Of a stretch of DNA of 58,712 nucleotides, positions 46,163 to 56,550 are shown piece after piece. This stretch comes from Candidatus Heimdallarchaeota archaeon (GTDB lineage: Archaea > Asgardarchaeota > Heimdallarchaeia > Heimdallarchaeales > Heimdallarchaeaceae), in assembly GCA_016840095.1 (NCBI GenBank), contig JAEOSZ010000114.1:1-58712 (forward strand), read 5' to 3'. Both the position numbers and the translations under genes were made by a program. Under the pieces are notes generated by a model, which saw nothing but the letters and a program-made list of their open reading frames with translations, ran no database searches and was not told the origin of the DNA. Each line of letters begins with the position of its first letter. Position 1 is the stretch's first letter.

Positions 46163-48127
46163 ATGTCAGAAACTTATACTTATAGACTTAATCATTTGTT
46201 CGAGGAAATTGTTCAAGGGAAGTATTATGAAGTAATTGCTCAAGTAGATGAGATTTTAAAAGCAAAAGACATATCTGTCGAAGAACGAATTGAAGCTTTA
46301 CTAGCTAAGAGTATGAGTTTCGAATACTTAGCATTATTTGAATTCAGTAATGAATATGATGATCAAATATTGGAACTTATTTCGGAAGCTTATAGACTTA
46401 GTACGGAAATTGATGAAATCATACTTATTTTTGATACGATTTTTGTTAGAAGCTCGTTCTTTTCTAGAAATAATGAACATAGAGAAGTAGATGATGATAT
46501 AGAGACAGCTATTCAAATCTATGAAAGAATAAAGAAAGAACATAAAGATTTAGCAGTTGAAAAGAAGGCGATCTTGCTCAGTCTAATGGATTTACGTCTA
46601 TTTCATAAGGAAAGTCTTGAAACGGATTATAAATGGAATTTCAAAGAATCAATTAGTTTTTTAGAAGAAGCTCTAGAAATAAATACTGAATCAATTGAGA
46701 TAGGTACCGTACTAAATAAAATTCTAACATTTGTTGTTCATTCACAAATAAGCTTAGCTTATGGGAGAATAGGTGATTTCAAAAAAGCTATAGAATACAG
46801 AAACAAGCAATTTGAACTTGCAAAAAGAGAGAATAATAAATATATAATGAGCTTCATGCTCCGAATGATAGGAGAGAGTTATTGGGCAAAAGGAGAACTG
46901 GATTTATTATTGAAGTATATTGAGGAATCTAAAGAAATTTCTGAGAAACAGAATAATATTAGAGGAGTAGGAGCAGCTCATCACCGAATAGCTGTCTATT
47001 ATGGAAGCAGTGGAGATTGGAAAGAATGTCTCAAACACAATCAAAAAGCATATTCTATTCTCTCAGAAGATGGAAAAAATGAAAGTAGCGATATCGTTAC
47101 TGGGCTTATAAATAACATGGCTGTATGTTATTATAACTTTGGTGAATATGATGAATCTCTAAATTATTATGATAAGGCAATAGAAATCAACACTATGCTT
47201 GGTAATGAAATTGGTGTCCAATTAAATTACACAAATAAGGCTCTAATATATTCCATAAAAGGAGATTTCGAAAAAGCTCTTGAACTTCAAGAAGAAAATC
47301 TTGAATACTATGAGAGGAGAGGGTTTAAAATAGCTTTGTCCAAAACTCTCGCAAATATTGGTTGGATTTATAAATACAAAGGATTATTTAACAAAGCTCA
47401 TGAAAATCTTAAGGAAGCTCTACGGATTGTGGAAGAAATAGATAGTAAAAATGTAATTACTACTAATTTGTTTTTTCTAGTTTTGCTTGCTATTGAGTTT
47501 AATAAACTGGAGTTAGCAAGAGACTATTTTCTGGAATTGGAGAGAAAATCAGATGAGATTGAATATAAAATTACAAGAAATCAAGTTCTCCAAGCTGAAG
47601 CTTTAATACTTGCTAAGAGCACAGAAATAAGAGATAGGCTTAGGGCTGAATTGATTTTCGAACAATTATTAGATGAAAGACAAGAATATGATGTTAGATT
47701 GGGCATTATTTTCCATCTTTGTGAACTTCTCTTATCTGAATTGAAAAACAGCTCGGATGTAAAAGTCTTAGCCAAACTTCAGAAATATATTAATAAAATG
47801 ATTGATTTGGCAACAAAAAATCACATATCCAATCTCATTGTTGAAAGTCTTTGGTTTAAAGCACAACTTTCTATGATAATTTTAGATTTCGAAAAAACAA
47901 ATGAATTACTGAATCAAGCCCAATCTCTAGCAGAACAAAAAGGATTAAACAGACTTACTTTGAAGATAATAAAAACAAAGGAACAAACAATTCAACAACA
48001 GATTGAATTGGAAGATCTTGAGAAAGAATCTCCTTCAATATCAAAGAGAATGGAAAAGATCAAAATTGAAAATGGATTAAGAGAAATTACTAATTCGCCT
48101 ATGTATCAATTTAAACAAAATATCTAA
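46163..48127 (+). CDS. Tetratricopeptide repeat protein
   Basis: Multiple TPR-like units (e.g. NNMAVCYYNFGEYDESLNYYDKAIEI) and a C-terminal helical module shared with paralogs. Confidence 0.88.
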   Translation: MSETYTYRLNHLFEEIVQGKYYEVIAQVDEILKAKDISVEERIEALLAKSMSFEYLALFEFSNEYDDQILELISEAYRLSTEIDEIILIFDTIFVRSSFFSRNNEHREVDDDIETAIQIYERIKKEHKDLAVEKKAILLSLMDLRLFHKESLETDYKWNFKESISFLEEALEINTESIEIGTVLNKILTFVVHSQISLAYGRIGDFKKAIEYRNKQFELAKRENNKYIMSFMLRMIGESYWAKGELDLLLKYIEESKEISEKQNNIRGVGAAHHRIAVYYGSSGDWKECLKHNQKAYSILSEDGKNESSDIVTGLINNMAVCYYNFGEYDESLNYYDKAIEINTMLGNEIGVQLNYTNKALIYSIKGDFEKALELQEENLEYYERRGFKIALSKTLANIGWIYKYKGLFNKAHENLKEALRIVEEIDSKNVITTNLFFLVLLAIEFNKLELARDYFLELERKSDEIEYKITRNQVLQAEALILAKSTEIRDRLRAELIFEQLLDERQEYDVRLGIIFHLCELLLSELKNSSDVKVLAKLQKYINKMIDLATKNHISNLIVESLWFKAQLSMIILDFEKTNELLNQAQSLAEQKGLNRLTLKIIKTKEQTIQQQIELEDLEKESPSISKRMEKIKIENGLREITNSPMYQFKQNI

Positions 48128-48137
48128 CACTACTGGA

Positions 48138-50078
48138 TTATTTCTTCTTATGGTAGAAACTAACTCTTGCAAAGTATATAAGAGAAACCACTGCAACTGC
48201 TAAGAAAATTGATGAACCTGTATTCTCAATTTCTCTTACAGTATATCCAGCAGCTTCTAACCACTTATTTGCTGCTTCAAGGTCATAATTGTACTTGATG
48301 ATGTCATTGTAGTAGTAAAAAGCTTGTGATGGATAGAACGTGCTATGACAAATCGTCAACTCCCCATCATGTAGAACCTGATTTATCTCATATCTATCAA
48401 TGGCATAATTTATTGCTTTGCGAACGGCTATTCCTTTGGTATAGTTTACCAAATCTGGATCCTCCAAGTATTGGAAATTATTTTCACCTCCAATAAAAGG
48501 ACGACGAAGATTGTAAAACATAAACTCAAGGTTTCCACCTTGTATACTCTGTACATCAAATCTTGGATCATTTTCCATTTGTTTTCTTTCAGCAGGAAAA
48601 CTTCCCATACGAGCATAATCTAATTTTCCAGCTTTGAATTCTTGTAACATTGAATTTGAGTCACCAAAAACACGAAGATTAATCTTCTTGACAAATGGTG
48701 TCATACCTGATTGTCCATCTATACAACCAACTCCAAACCAATTTGGGTTTCTTTCCAAAACTATAATTGAATTAATAGTATGATAATCAAGCATATATTT
48801 CCCAGGCCCAAAAGCTGAGTAACTATAAGATACCCATTGAGGAGTACTACGAATACCAGGATACAAACCCACGCACTTAACTCCACCATTAGTGTAACTT
48901 ATAGCTGGATTTGATGAGTTGAGAAAGAATTCAGGTAACACACCCAATCCTAAATCATACCAAAAATCAATATATTGCTCTAGTTCGGGAGTATCTGGAT
49001 TTCTATCTATGTGTATGTGGAATGAAAGTTCATCAACTGGATCGACATAACAATCTGAAATCCATTCGTTGCTACCAAAAGTGTCTGTTGTAAGATCATT
49101 TGCCCAAGCTAAGAGAGTAAAAACTGCATCCTTAGCTGTAATCTTCATATTAGAGCCATCGCTATACTCTCCAGCTTTTAAGCCAATCATAAGTTCATTA
49201 GTTGGTATGTCACTCAATGGTTCAGAACTTATAGATCTTGATGAAATGTTGTAAGATGGTGTCCAATATACATTATCTCTCAAATAGAACTTGTAGTGAA
49301 AATCATCAATTTGTTCCCAATTATTAATCAAACCATTTTTCGTTGGATGGTCATCAACATTGAATTTTAACATCCTTTCTGTAATCATGCTCCAAATAAA
49401 TGAATCACTTGATGCTTTAGTAAATAAAGGATTGAGATCTTCTATAGCATCGCTAGCCATATTGTATTCGTCAAGAGAATTTTGTCCAAAATGAGAACCA
49501 TCATACCACATGTAAGGTAAGCTGTTGATTATTCCATAGCGTATATCAAAACCTTTGACATTAGACCAGTGAACTGAATAAGATTTAAAAGTAAATAAAG
49601 GTAGAAATGGGATGATTTTGTCCATCATTAACTGCTGCCATGTATAGTAATGTTGTTGCCTTTCTTCAAGATCTGTAATGACAAGTCCATTTTCTTGCAT
49701 TTTTTGCGATTCATTACAGTATGGTATATCATTTCCTATACCAAATAGATTCAGAGAACCTACTTCTGTGAATACATCTCTAACATCTGTACCCCCTCCT
49801 GTCAATCTAATAACACCGATGTCATAATTGTGAGTTGCTAAAACTGTTCCAAGAAATACTGTCCATTCTTCGACTCTTATCTTTACATTAATCCCTAAAT
49901 CACCTAGATATTGGGCTATAAATAATCCATAACTTGGACGTACTCCCCCTCCATTAGTTTTAAAGACCAAATTGGCAATAGCTTTAGGTCTATTTACATC
50001 TGCCCCTACATTCACAGAACTCATAATTATTAAGCATGATAAAAGAAGAAAAGTGAATTTCATAATTCTTTTTTTCAT
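48138..50078 (-). CDS. Family 5 (Opp/Dpp-type) solute-binding protein, circularly permuted, with C-terminal membrane anchor
   Basis: Signal peptide; LNPL, KFYLRDNVYW, ITAKDAVFT, GPGKY, VRKAINYAIDR and YDLEAANKWLEAAGY; C-terminal TM plus KKK. Confidence 0.85.
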   Translation of the reverse strand: MKKRIMKFTFLLLSCLIIMSSVNVGADVNRPKAIANLVFKTNGGGVRPSYGLFIAQYLGDLGINVKIRVEEWTVFLGTVLATHNYDIGVIRLTGGGTDVRDVFTEVGSLNLFGIGNDIPYCNESQKMQENGLVITDLEERQQHYYTWQQLMMDKIIPFLPLFTFKSYSVHWSNVKGFDIRYGIINSLPYMWYDGSHFGQNSLDEYNMASDAIEDLNPLFTKASSDSFIWSMITERMLKFNVDDHPTKNGLINNWEQIDDFHYKFYLRDNVYWTPSYNISSRSISSEPLSDIPTNELMIGLKAGEYSDGSNMKITAKDAVFTLLAWANDLTTDTFGSNEWISDCYVDPVDELSFHIHIDRNPDTPELEQYIDFWYDLGLGVLPEFFLNSSNPAISYTNGGVKCVGLYPGIRSTPQWVSYSYSAFGPGKYMLDYHTINSIIVLERNPNWFGVGCIDGQSGMTPFVKKINLRVFGDSNSMLQEFKAGKLDYARMGSFPAERKQMENDPRFDVQSIQGGNLEFMFYNLRRPFIGGENNFQYLEDPDLVNYTKGIAVRKAINYAIDRYEINQVLHDGELTICHSTFYPSQAFYYYNDIIKYNYDLEAANKWLEAAGYTVREIENTGSSIFLAVAVVSLIYFARVSFYHKKK

Positions 50079-50194
50079 TTATTGCACCTTCTTTAAGAAG
50101 AATAACACAAACGTTATCACTGCATAATATATAAAAATATTGTAGAATTAATTAAATCATTTAGTGTCTTTAGAAACAAGAAGAATTCTTATTT

Positions 50195-52660
50195 TCACAG
50201 GAAAACATTATCGACATACTGATTTAGTATTATGTTACTTGTATATTCCAAAGCTGTTTCTTCAGTAAATGCTGAAACAAGTGTTTTAATGTCAAAATCT
50301 GTTGATAATGAGATTTTAGATAATTCCTCTAACTCCTCCCAAACTTCTGCTGTACCATAAACTAGTTGAGAAAACTCTTCCAATTTCTTAATTCCTTCAT
50401 ATGAATGTCCAATAAAGATATAGCAAAAAACTAATTTCTCAATTTTCTTTACAACATAAGTATAATCTCTTATTTTCATTCGTTCTATAATTCCAGCTTT
50501 TGTATCTTCTTCTTTGACATTTTTGAGTACTTTTACCCAAATCTCCTCAATCATGTCAGGGTCTATATCACTATCAATTCGTTCTAAATATAAAACTGAA
50601 CCTGTAGTCGAAAATATAGAGACTAGTAATGGATCTTCCTTTTCCTGTTTATCCTCAGGATAGATAATCCCCTTACCTTTTATCATTTCATTCAAGACAG
50701 TCTCAATATGAGTTAATTCCATTCTTTCAGCTATATTGGGAAGCATATAAGTAAATTCATCCCATTGTTTAAGTTGACTTAAAAGGATATCATGGTAATT
50801 GGAAATTCTTCTAGCTAAATTGTAAAACTCTTTAGCTTCTGCCATAACTTGTGCACTTTTTAGTAACCTTCTTGCTTTTATTACATCTAGTTCAAGTAAG
50901 GAAATGTTTGCCTGTAACCAGATTGCATGTACTAGAAGTGGGTATGCTAATTCCGCAGAACCTTCCTTGTGCAAACGTTCTACATATAATTTCAATTCCT
51001 CTAATCGTTCCAGATCTTCAGTTTCTCTAAGTTCAACCAAGAGTATCTCACAGAGATTTAGAATTGCTGTAGTCAAGAATTTCCTTTCAATATGTTCTTC
51101 ATCTATAATCTTCTTGAGTAATTTTTTTGCTTCTTCTCTCTTCTCTTTATCTTGTTTCTTGACAATTAACGAAACACGAGCCAGATTAATCATTGTGGTA
51201 GTTTTTACTGCATCTTCTTTTTGATTTATCTCTTTCATTCTTTCTAAATATTTCTCAGCTTCATTGATTCGATCAAGGTCTAAATATAGTGAGAGAAGGT
51301 TAAAAGATAATTCGATTTTTACCGAATTATACTCAATCGCAGTAGCTAGATTTTCTCCTCTTTTGTAATATTTCAAAGCAAGCTCATAATCTCCCTTTAG
51401 ATGATGGATTTCAGCAATATTATTTAGAACAATACAAACACTAGCCAACCTATCTTCCTTTTCATAATATTCTTGACTTAAGATATAATTTTGGAGAGCA
51501 TTCTTGAGATCTCCTTTGAGAACTAGAATATCAGCCAATCTTTCTCTTGACCAAGCTACATCTTGGATTAGATTCTTTTCTTCAAAGAAGTCTATTGCTT
51601 CTTCTAAGAATTTCAAAGCACGATTTAACTCTCCTCTTCTCATATATAATGTGTTTAGTGCATATTGTATTAGATAATAAGGTCTCTGAAAATCAATTTC
51701 CTTGGAAAGTGATAAACCTTCATGAAGGTATTTCAATGCATTTTCACTATCCATCTCTGTAATATACAGTTGTCCGATGTTATAGAGTATAGTAATTAAC
51801 CCTGGTTTATCACCTATTTTTCTCTTAATTTCAGTAGCTCTGTTTAGGTACTTCAAGCCTTCCTCTTTCTTGTCTGTTAAAAATAGTGAACATCCAATTG
51901 AGTTGAGAACCTTAGATTCTGTTAATTTTGCTTCTAATTCCTGAGAAAGTGATAAAGCTTGTTTGTATGTCTTAATGGCAGCTTCAGGATTCGAATGTAT
52001 AAGATGCAAACCTTTGAGAAACGAATTATATGCTAATCCTCTCTTATTTCCAATTTGCACCCATAATTCATAAGCTACATCTACACACTTCTCTGCTTCA
52101 GCTCTGTTTCCTATTTCAATATAATAATCAAACAGTCTTTCTAAAGTGTGTGCTTTTCCAACGTTATAATTAGTTTCAATAGAAAATCTGAGACACATAT
52201 CTAACAATTCAAAGAGCTTTTCTATATACCCATAAACATTTGAAATTAATTTAGACTGCAAAATTAGTAGATCTATCTTTCTGTGATTTACATCATCAGT
52301 TTCTTTATCTGCTATATTTTGAAGAATTTTTTCTGCTTTTTTGTTTAATTCCATTCCTAAATCTGTTTTCCCAAAGATGAGTAGATTTTCTATTTTACAG
52401 ATAATAAAATCTAATTTTTGAAAATCATCACCTGTTTTAAAAACAATCTCCTCAATTTCATCAAGAATGCTCGTAGCGTGATAATAGTCATCTAACTGAG
52501 TTAAAGCTTTTGCTTGGAAAATTTGATAACTCAGTTTTGTTAGTTTTGCTAGAGATTTAGAATCAATTAAAGAATTTATTTTCTTTAGAGCTGTCTGTCC
52601 TTCCCCTTTAAAGAGTAGTTGTTTTACTTCATCCAGAATATCAAGGTGAGAATCAGACAT
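50195..52660 (-). CDS. TPR protein with C-terminal longin-like domain
   Basis: TPR array, then PLLVSIFSTTGSVLY...IERMKIRDYTYVVKKIEKLVFCYIFIG..Y..IKKL. Confidence 0.85.
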   Translation of the reverse strand: MSDSHLDILDEVKQLLFKGEGQTALKKINSLIDSKSLAKLTKLSYQIFQAKALTQLDDYYHATSILDEIEEIVFKTGDDFQKLDFIICKIENLLIFGKTDLGMELNKKAEKILQNIADKETDDVNHRKIDLLILQSKLISNVYGYIEKLFELLDMCLRFSIETNYNVGKAHTLERLFDYYIEIGNRAEAEKCVDVAYELWVQIGNKRGLAYNSFLKGLHLIHSNPEAAIKTYKQALSLSQELEAKLTESKVLNSIGCSLFLTDKKEEGLKYLNRATEIKRKIGDKPGLITILYNIGQLYITEMDSENALKYLHEGLSLSKEIDFQRPYYLIQYALNTLYMRRGELNRALKFLEEAIDFFEEKNLIQDVAWSRERLADILVLKGDLKNALQNYILSQEYYEKEDRLASVCIVLNNIAEIHHLKGDYELALKYYKRGENLATAIEYNSVKIELSFNLLSLYLDLDRINEAEKYLERMKEINQKEDAVKTTTMINLARVSLIVKKQDKEKREEAKKLLKKIIDEEHIERKFLTTAILNLCEILLVELRETEDLERLEELKLYVERLHKEGSAELAYPLLVHAIWLQANISLLELDVIKARRLLKSAQVMAEAKEFYNLARRISNYHDILLSQLKQWDEFTYMLPNIAERMELTHIETVLNEMIKGKGIIYPEDKQEKEDPLLVSIFSTTGSVLYLERIDSDIDPDMIEEIWVKVLKNVKEEDTKAGIIERMKIRDYTYVVKKIEKLVFCYIFIGHSYEGIKKLEEFSQLVYGTAEVWEELEELSKISLSTDFDIKTLVSAFTEETALEYTSNIILNQYVDNVFL

Positions 52661-52723
52661 AATAATTCCTCTATTCCAGAATAATTATAAGTAAATCATA
52701 GTTTTAACTCTTTTCCATAAGAA

Positions 52724-54685
52724 CTAAATAGTATGTTTTAATTGTAAATCAATTGCTGATTTCTTTATTTCTTCAAAACTTTCTTGAATTTCAATAATTT
52801 CAACTCTTTCAGATATCTTTGTTGTTTTAACCTTTAATTTCTCAAGCATTATAGCTTCTGCAGAAATCCTTTCCTGTTGAAACAATATTGTTTGTATTAG
52901 ATTTTCTAATTTATTTTCTTGAGCAATTCTCAATGCTTCAAATAAAAGGGATCTAGACTGATTTATATCCAATGTAAGTAATTGCAATTTTGATTGAAGA
53001 ATTAAAACTTGGATCTGAATAATTGTAGATTTTTTGTCCTTAGTAATTTTCTGTAACTGTTCAGTATACTTATTCAATCTATTCAAATATTCTTCCTTTT
53101 CTGTTGCTTTGAATTCCTTAAATAGATACTCTGTTAAAATTAAGAGAACATCTATCAAAATCGGGTATTCTATTTCTTCTTCTACTAATAATTGTTCAGA
53201 AATCACTTCTGCTCTGATTTTTTCCTTTAAAATTGTACTTCTAAATAGGTAGTTTATTTCTGCTAACAAAATTCGATGCTTACTTGGTTTGTGTTTAACT
53301 AATTCTTTCAGTTCTATTATTTTGGTATAATATATTTCTGCCTTGTTTACACTGTCTATTTCATAACAGAAACGTACAAGAATTGATAAGTATTTAGCAA
53401 CCATATCATTAAGATTAAATTTCTCAGCTAGAACTAGCCCTTCTTCAAGCAAGCATATAGCTTCTTCTTTCAATCCTTTGTACCAAAGAATGTTTGATTT
53501 AATATCTAGTATTTCTGCAACAAAGATGTAACTTTCACCTTTACTATATGCACTTATAGCTTCATCAATATATTCAAGAGCAGAATCTAAATCCCCTAAA
53601 AGAAAACGGACACTTGCCAAATATCTCACAATCATATGCCAATATTCAGTGTTTTTATGTTTTGAAGCCATATCATAGGCTTCTAGATATTTATCATGTG
53701 CTTTATTCAAGTTTCCTTCATTTTCATGAACCTTCCCAATTTGGGCTAAAATCATAGGTAAGTAGTATTCATCCTTACACATAGACATGCTCTTTTCAAA
53801 GTAAATTATGCTTTTAGCATGTTCTCCTTTATCAAGGTAATAGGTTCCAATATTGAAAATTGCATCATAAATTCCCTCTTCCCAATCTAGTTCTTCACAT
53901 ATTTCCAAATACTTTTGCGTATATTTGTAAAAGTTTTCATAATCTTTTTTAGCCCTATAAAAATAAGCTAGATGGTTATATCTTTCTCCTATATCTAGCA
54001 AGTAACCCATCCTTTTACTAACATCCAAAGATTCCTCATAATAACTTAGAGCTTTTTCAAATTCTCCTTTGTTTCTATAATGAATAGCTAAAGAACCAGT
54101 ATTATACATTAAAATCCTTTTGAAATCGTTTTTCTTACACAACTCTGCACTTCTTTTCCAACTCTCAACAAAATCACTTTTTTCTATATCACCTCTCCGA
54201 ATCCGAATCCATGGTTGTAAAAATAAGTAGAAAGCTTTTCTAACCAAATAGTCCATTTCATCTTTAGGTTCTATTAACTCTAGTTTTTCAGGAAGTCTGT
54301 CAATTAATTCATTAAATCTTGCTATCTTGTTTTCAGGAATATAGGAATGACCAAAACTGACACTTTCTTGGTAATTTCTATATATCATAGTAAGTGCATC
54401 AAATGCTAGTAAAGGATTTTTCAACTGTTCACTTCTATTGAAGACCTCTTCTGCTAGTTCAAGAGATTCTAGTGTTTTCTCTTCTGGAGGTCTGATTATT
54501 ACTATTTCTTCCAGAATATAGCTTTTGATAATCTTACCTTGTAAAAAGGCTTCTTCATCTAGATCTGTTCTTGAAAGAAATTCATTTATCCTATCTAATG
54601 CTAACTGCTCTTTTCTTTCAAAGAATATTCTCTCAATATCTCGTAATTCTTGAACAGGATAATAAAAGATAAGGTCTTCAGACAT
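52724..54685 (-). CDS. Tetratricopeptide repeat protein
   Basis: TPR units (GEFEKALSYYEESL, GNLNKAHDKY, GDLDSALEY) and the shared C-terminal module; start at ATG 54685. Confidence 0.88.
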   Translation of the reverse strand: MSEDLIFYYPVQELRDIERIFFERKEQLALDRINEFLSRTDLDEEAFLQGKIIKSYILEEIVIIRPPEEKTLESLELAEEVFNRSEQLKNPLLAFDALTMIYRNYQESVSFGHSYIPENKIARFNELIDRLPEKLELIEPKDEMDYLVRKAFYLFLQPWIRIRRGDIEKSDFVESWKRSAELCKKNDFKRILMYNTGSLAIHYRNKGEFEKALSYYEESLDVSKRMGYLLDIGERYNHLAYFYRAKKDYENFYKYTQKYLEICEELDWEEGIYDAIFNIGTYYLDKGEHAKSIIYFEKSMSMCKDEYYLPMILAQIGKVHENEGNLNKAHDKYLEAYDMASKHKNTEYWHMIVRYLASVRFLLGDLDSALEYIDEAISAYSKGESYIFVAEILDIKSNILWYKGLKEEAICLLEEGLVLAEKFNLNDMVAKYLSILVRFCYEIDSVNKAEIYYTKIIELKELVKHKPSKHRILLAEINYLFRSTILKEKIRAEVISEQLLVEEEIEYPILIDVLLILTEYLFKEFKATEKEEYLNRLNKYTEQLQKITKDKKSTIIQIQVLILQSKLQLLTLDINQSRSLLFEALRIAQENKLENLIQTILFQQERISAEAIMLEKLKVKTTKISERVEIIEIQESFEEIKKSAIDLQLKHTI

Positions 54686-54854
54686 CTCTAACAATAATAT
54701 TAGCACAGATTTCTTTAAAATCTTTTTCAATAAATTAAAATTGATTAGATATCTGAACTATGACTTTACTTCACTTACTTCCTCAAATTATGAGAAAAAT
54801 GTACATTTCCGTATTAATAAAACATATATTGTAATCTCAATTAACTATTATTAT

Positions 54855-55415
54855 ATGAAAAATACAACAAAACAATCCTTCTTGCTTTTAAGCGTATTTT
54901 TAATTGTAATTGCCTTTCCTTTAACTTCAGTTCAAGCTGCAACAAAGACTTTGAACTATGATACAGCAACAGGTACACTCTATGATATCGTAATTTCAAT
55001 TGATTCAACAAAAGTTATAGACGGCAACAATACTTTCTTTGGGATGATTAGGATTACTGATTTGAGTGCTGATACTATAAGTATTCATCATATACAATTC
55101 TTCTACAGATTGGGAAATTATTTTGAAGATAACGAAATGACAATAGATACTCTAACAGCTGATGGTATGGCTAGTACTGCTGAATTAACTTTTGAATATA
55201 ACTCAACTTGGGGAAATGTTGATCTGGAAGTTTTAATCAAATTCCAAGAAGAAGTAAATGATAATGGTGGAGTTGTTACTCACTATTATGAAACCAATTG
55301 GATAAGTATATTCACTCTTAAGCCAAGTTCAGGAGCTAGTTGGTCAGCAATTTCAGCTATAGCTGCGACAATATTACTTGGAAGTTTATGGTATAATAGA
55401 ACTAAAAGAAAATAG
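54855..55415 (+). CDS. Secreted/surface beta-rich protein with C-terminal TM anchor
   Basis: Signal peptide from MKNTTKQ..VQA; beta-rich body; C-terminal hydrophobic helix plus RTKRK. Confidence 0.75.
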   Translation: MKNTTKQSFLLLSVFLIVIAFPLTSVQAATKTLNYDTATGTLYDIVISIDSTKVIDGNNTFFGMIRITDLSADTISIHHIQFFYRLGNYFEDNEMTIDTLTADGMASTAELTFEYNSTWGNVDLEVLIKFQEEVNDNGGVVTHYYETNWISIFTLKPSSGASWSAISAIAATILLGSLWYNRTKRK

Positions 55416-55430
55416 ATTCAGATACTGAGT

Positions 55431-56372
55431 CTATTTACCATTCTTTTTAACAAATTCAAGTAAATTTAAAATTATTTGAGAATCAGACTCAGGAAGGATT
55501 ACTAGTTTTTCTATACCCTCTCTACCCTTAATGGTTATCTCAAGTCTCCCATCAGGATTAAGTTCATATGTTTCAAGAGCTAGAATAGGTCTAGCATAAG
55601 TAGTACCTCCAGGGATTTTAACAAATATCCTCTTATTCGATATCCATATGGTGCCATTTTGACCAATTATAGGACCCACTACATCTCGAATAGAATCAAT
55701 ATAGAGTATTTTTTCTCCTTCTAATTCCTGATAATCTCTCATTTCTGTGGTAAGTGTTCGATTAACAGAAGATAATGCCATTAACTGATCTATTGCTAGT
55801 GAAAACAATGGGTCTTCTACTGAAACAAATTGTACTCTATCTCCCTTATCAATCAAAGCAATTAATCTGTGTCGTGCAAATGCAACAATTGCATCTGAAT
55901 CTCCACCAGTTGTAAAGAAGTTAAACTTAGTTCCTGTAAAGAATCTATTAAACAGACTTTCATCACTACCAAAGATGTAGATATAATCCTCTGTTCTTAG
56001 CTTTTCAGTGAAGTTACCTACAGAATGAAAACCATATTCATGGGCTCCACCAGCTGTTTCATACAATCTTTCTATTGCGTCAGAAAGACTATTTGATGCT
56101 TCACTAAACTGTTTAGTAAATTCCTTAAATCTCTTTATTGGTTTGTCAGCAAAGTAAATTGATGGTTTAGTATCTTCATCTTTACCTACGAATCCCTTAT
56201 TGTATAGCTCTTCTAATACTCCATAGATCTTAGCTTGAGGTATCTTTGATTCTTTTGCTAATTCAGGAGCACTGGCTTTACCTAGTTTAACTATTTCTAT
56301 AAAGGCTTTTGATTCGTATTCAGAGAATCCAAGTAACTTCAGTTTGTCTACTAAATCACTTTGCTTTGACAT
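55431..56372 (-). CDS. TrmB family transcriptional regulator with C-terminal PH/GRAM-like domain
   Basis: LGFSEYESKAF..ASAPELAKESKIPQAKIYGVLEELYNKGFV; C-terminal GTIWISNKRIFV and terminal helix. Confidence 0.85.
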   Translation of the reverse strand: MSKQSDLVDKLKLLGFSEYESKAFIEIVKLGKASAPELAKESKIPQAKIYGVLEELYNKGFVGKDEDTKPSIYFADKPIKRFKEFTKQFSEASNSLSDAIERLYETAGGAHEYGFHSVGNFTEKLRTEDYIYIFGSDESLFNRFFTGTKFNFFTTGGDSDAIVAFARHRLIALIDKGDRVQFVSVEDPLFSLAIDQLMALSSVNRTLTTEMRDYQELEGEKILYIDSIRDVVGPIIGQNGTIWISNKRIFVKIPGGTTYARPILALETYELNPDGRLEITIKGREGIEKLVILPESDSQIILNLLEFVKKNGK

Positions 56373-56417
56373 TCTAATTACAGTAAAGTTATTTGTCTTT
56401 ATAAATGTTGGTATTTA

Positions 56418-56485
56418 GTTACTACTGCGGTGGTTACAAATGTGAACATTTATATATATCTTCGACTTACTACTGTAGTAGTAAC
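56418..56485. promoter_or_regulatory. Two copies of a palindromic operator flanking a TATA box in the divergent promoter
   Basis: GTTACTACTGCGGTGGTTAC (56418-56437) and CTTACTACTGTAGTAGTAAC (56466-56485); TTTATATATAT lies between them. Confidence 0.75.
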
Positions 56486-56550
56486 AAAAAATCGAGAGTT
56501 ACAAAGTCCCTCGGGACAAATAAAGATTAACTATCTCGGTGGTAAAAAAA

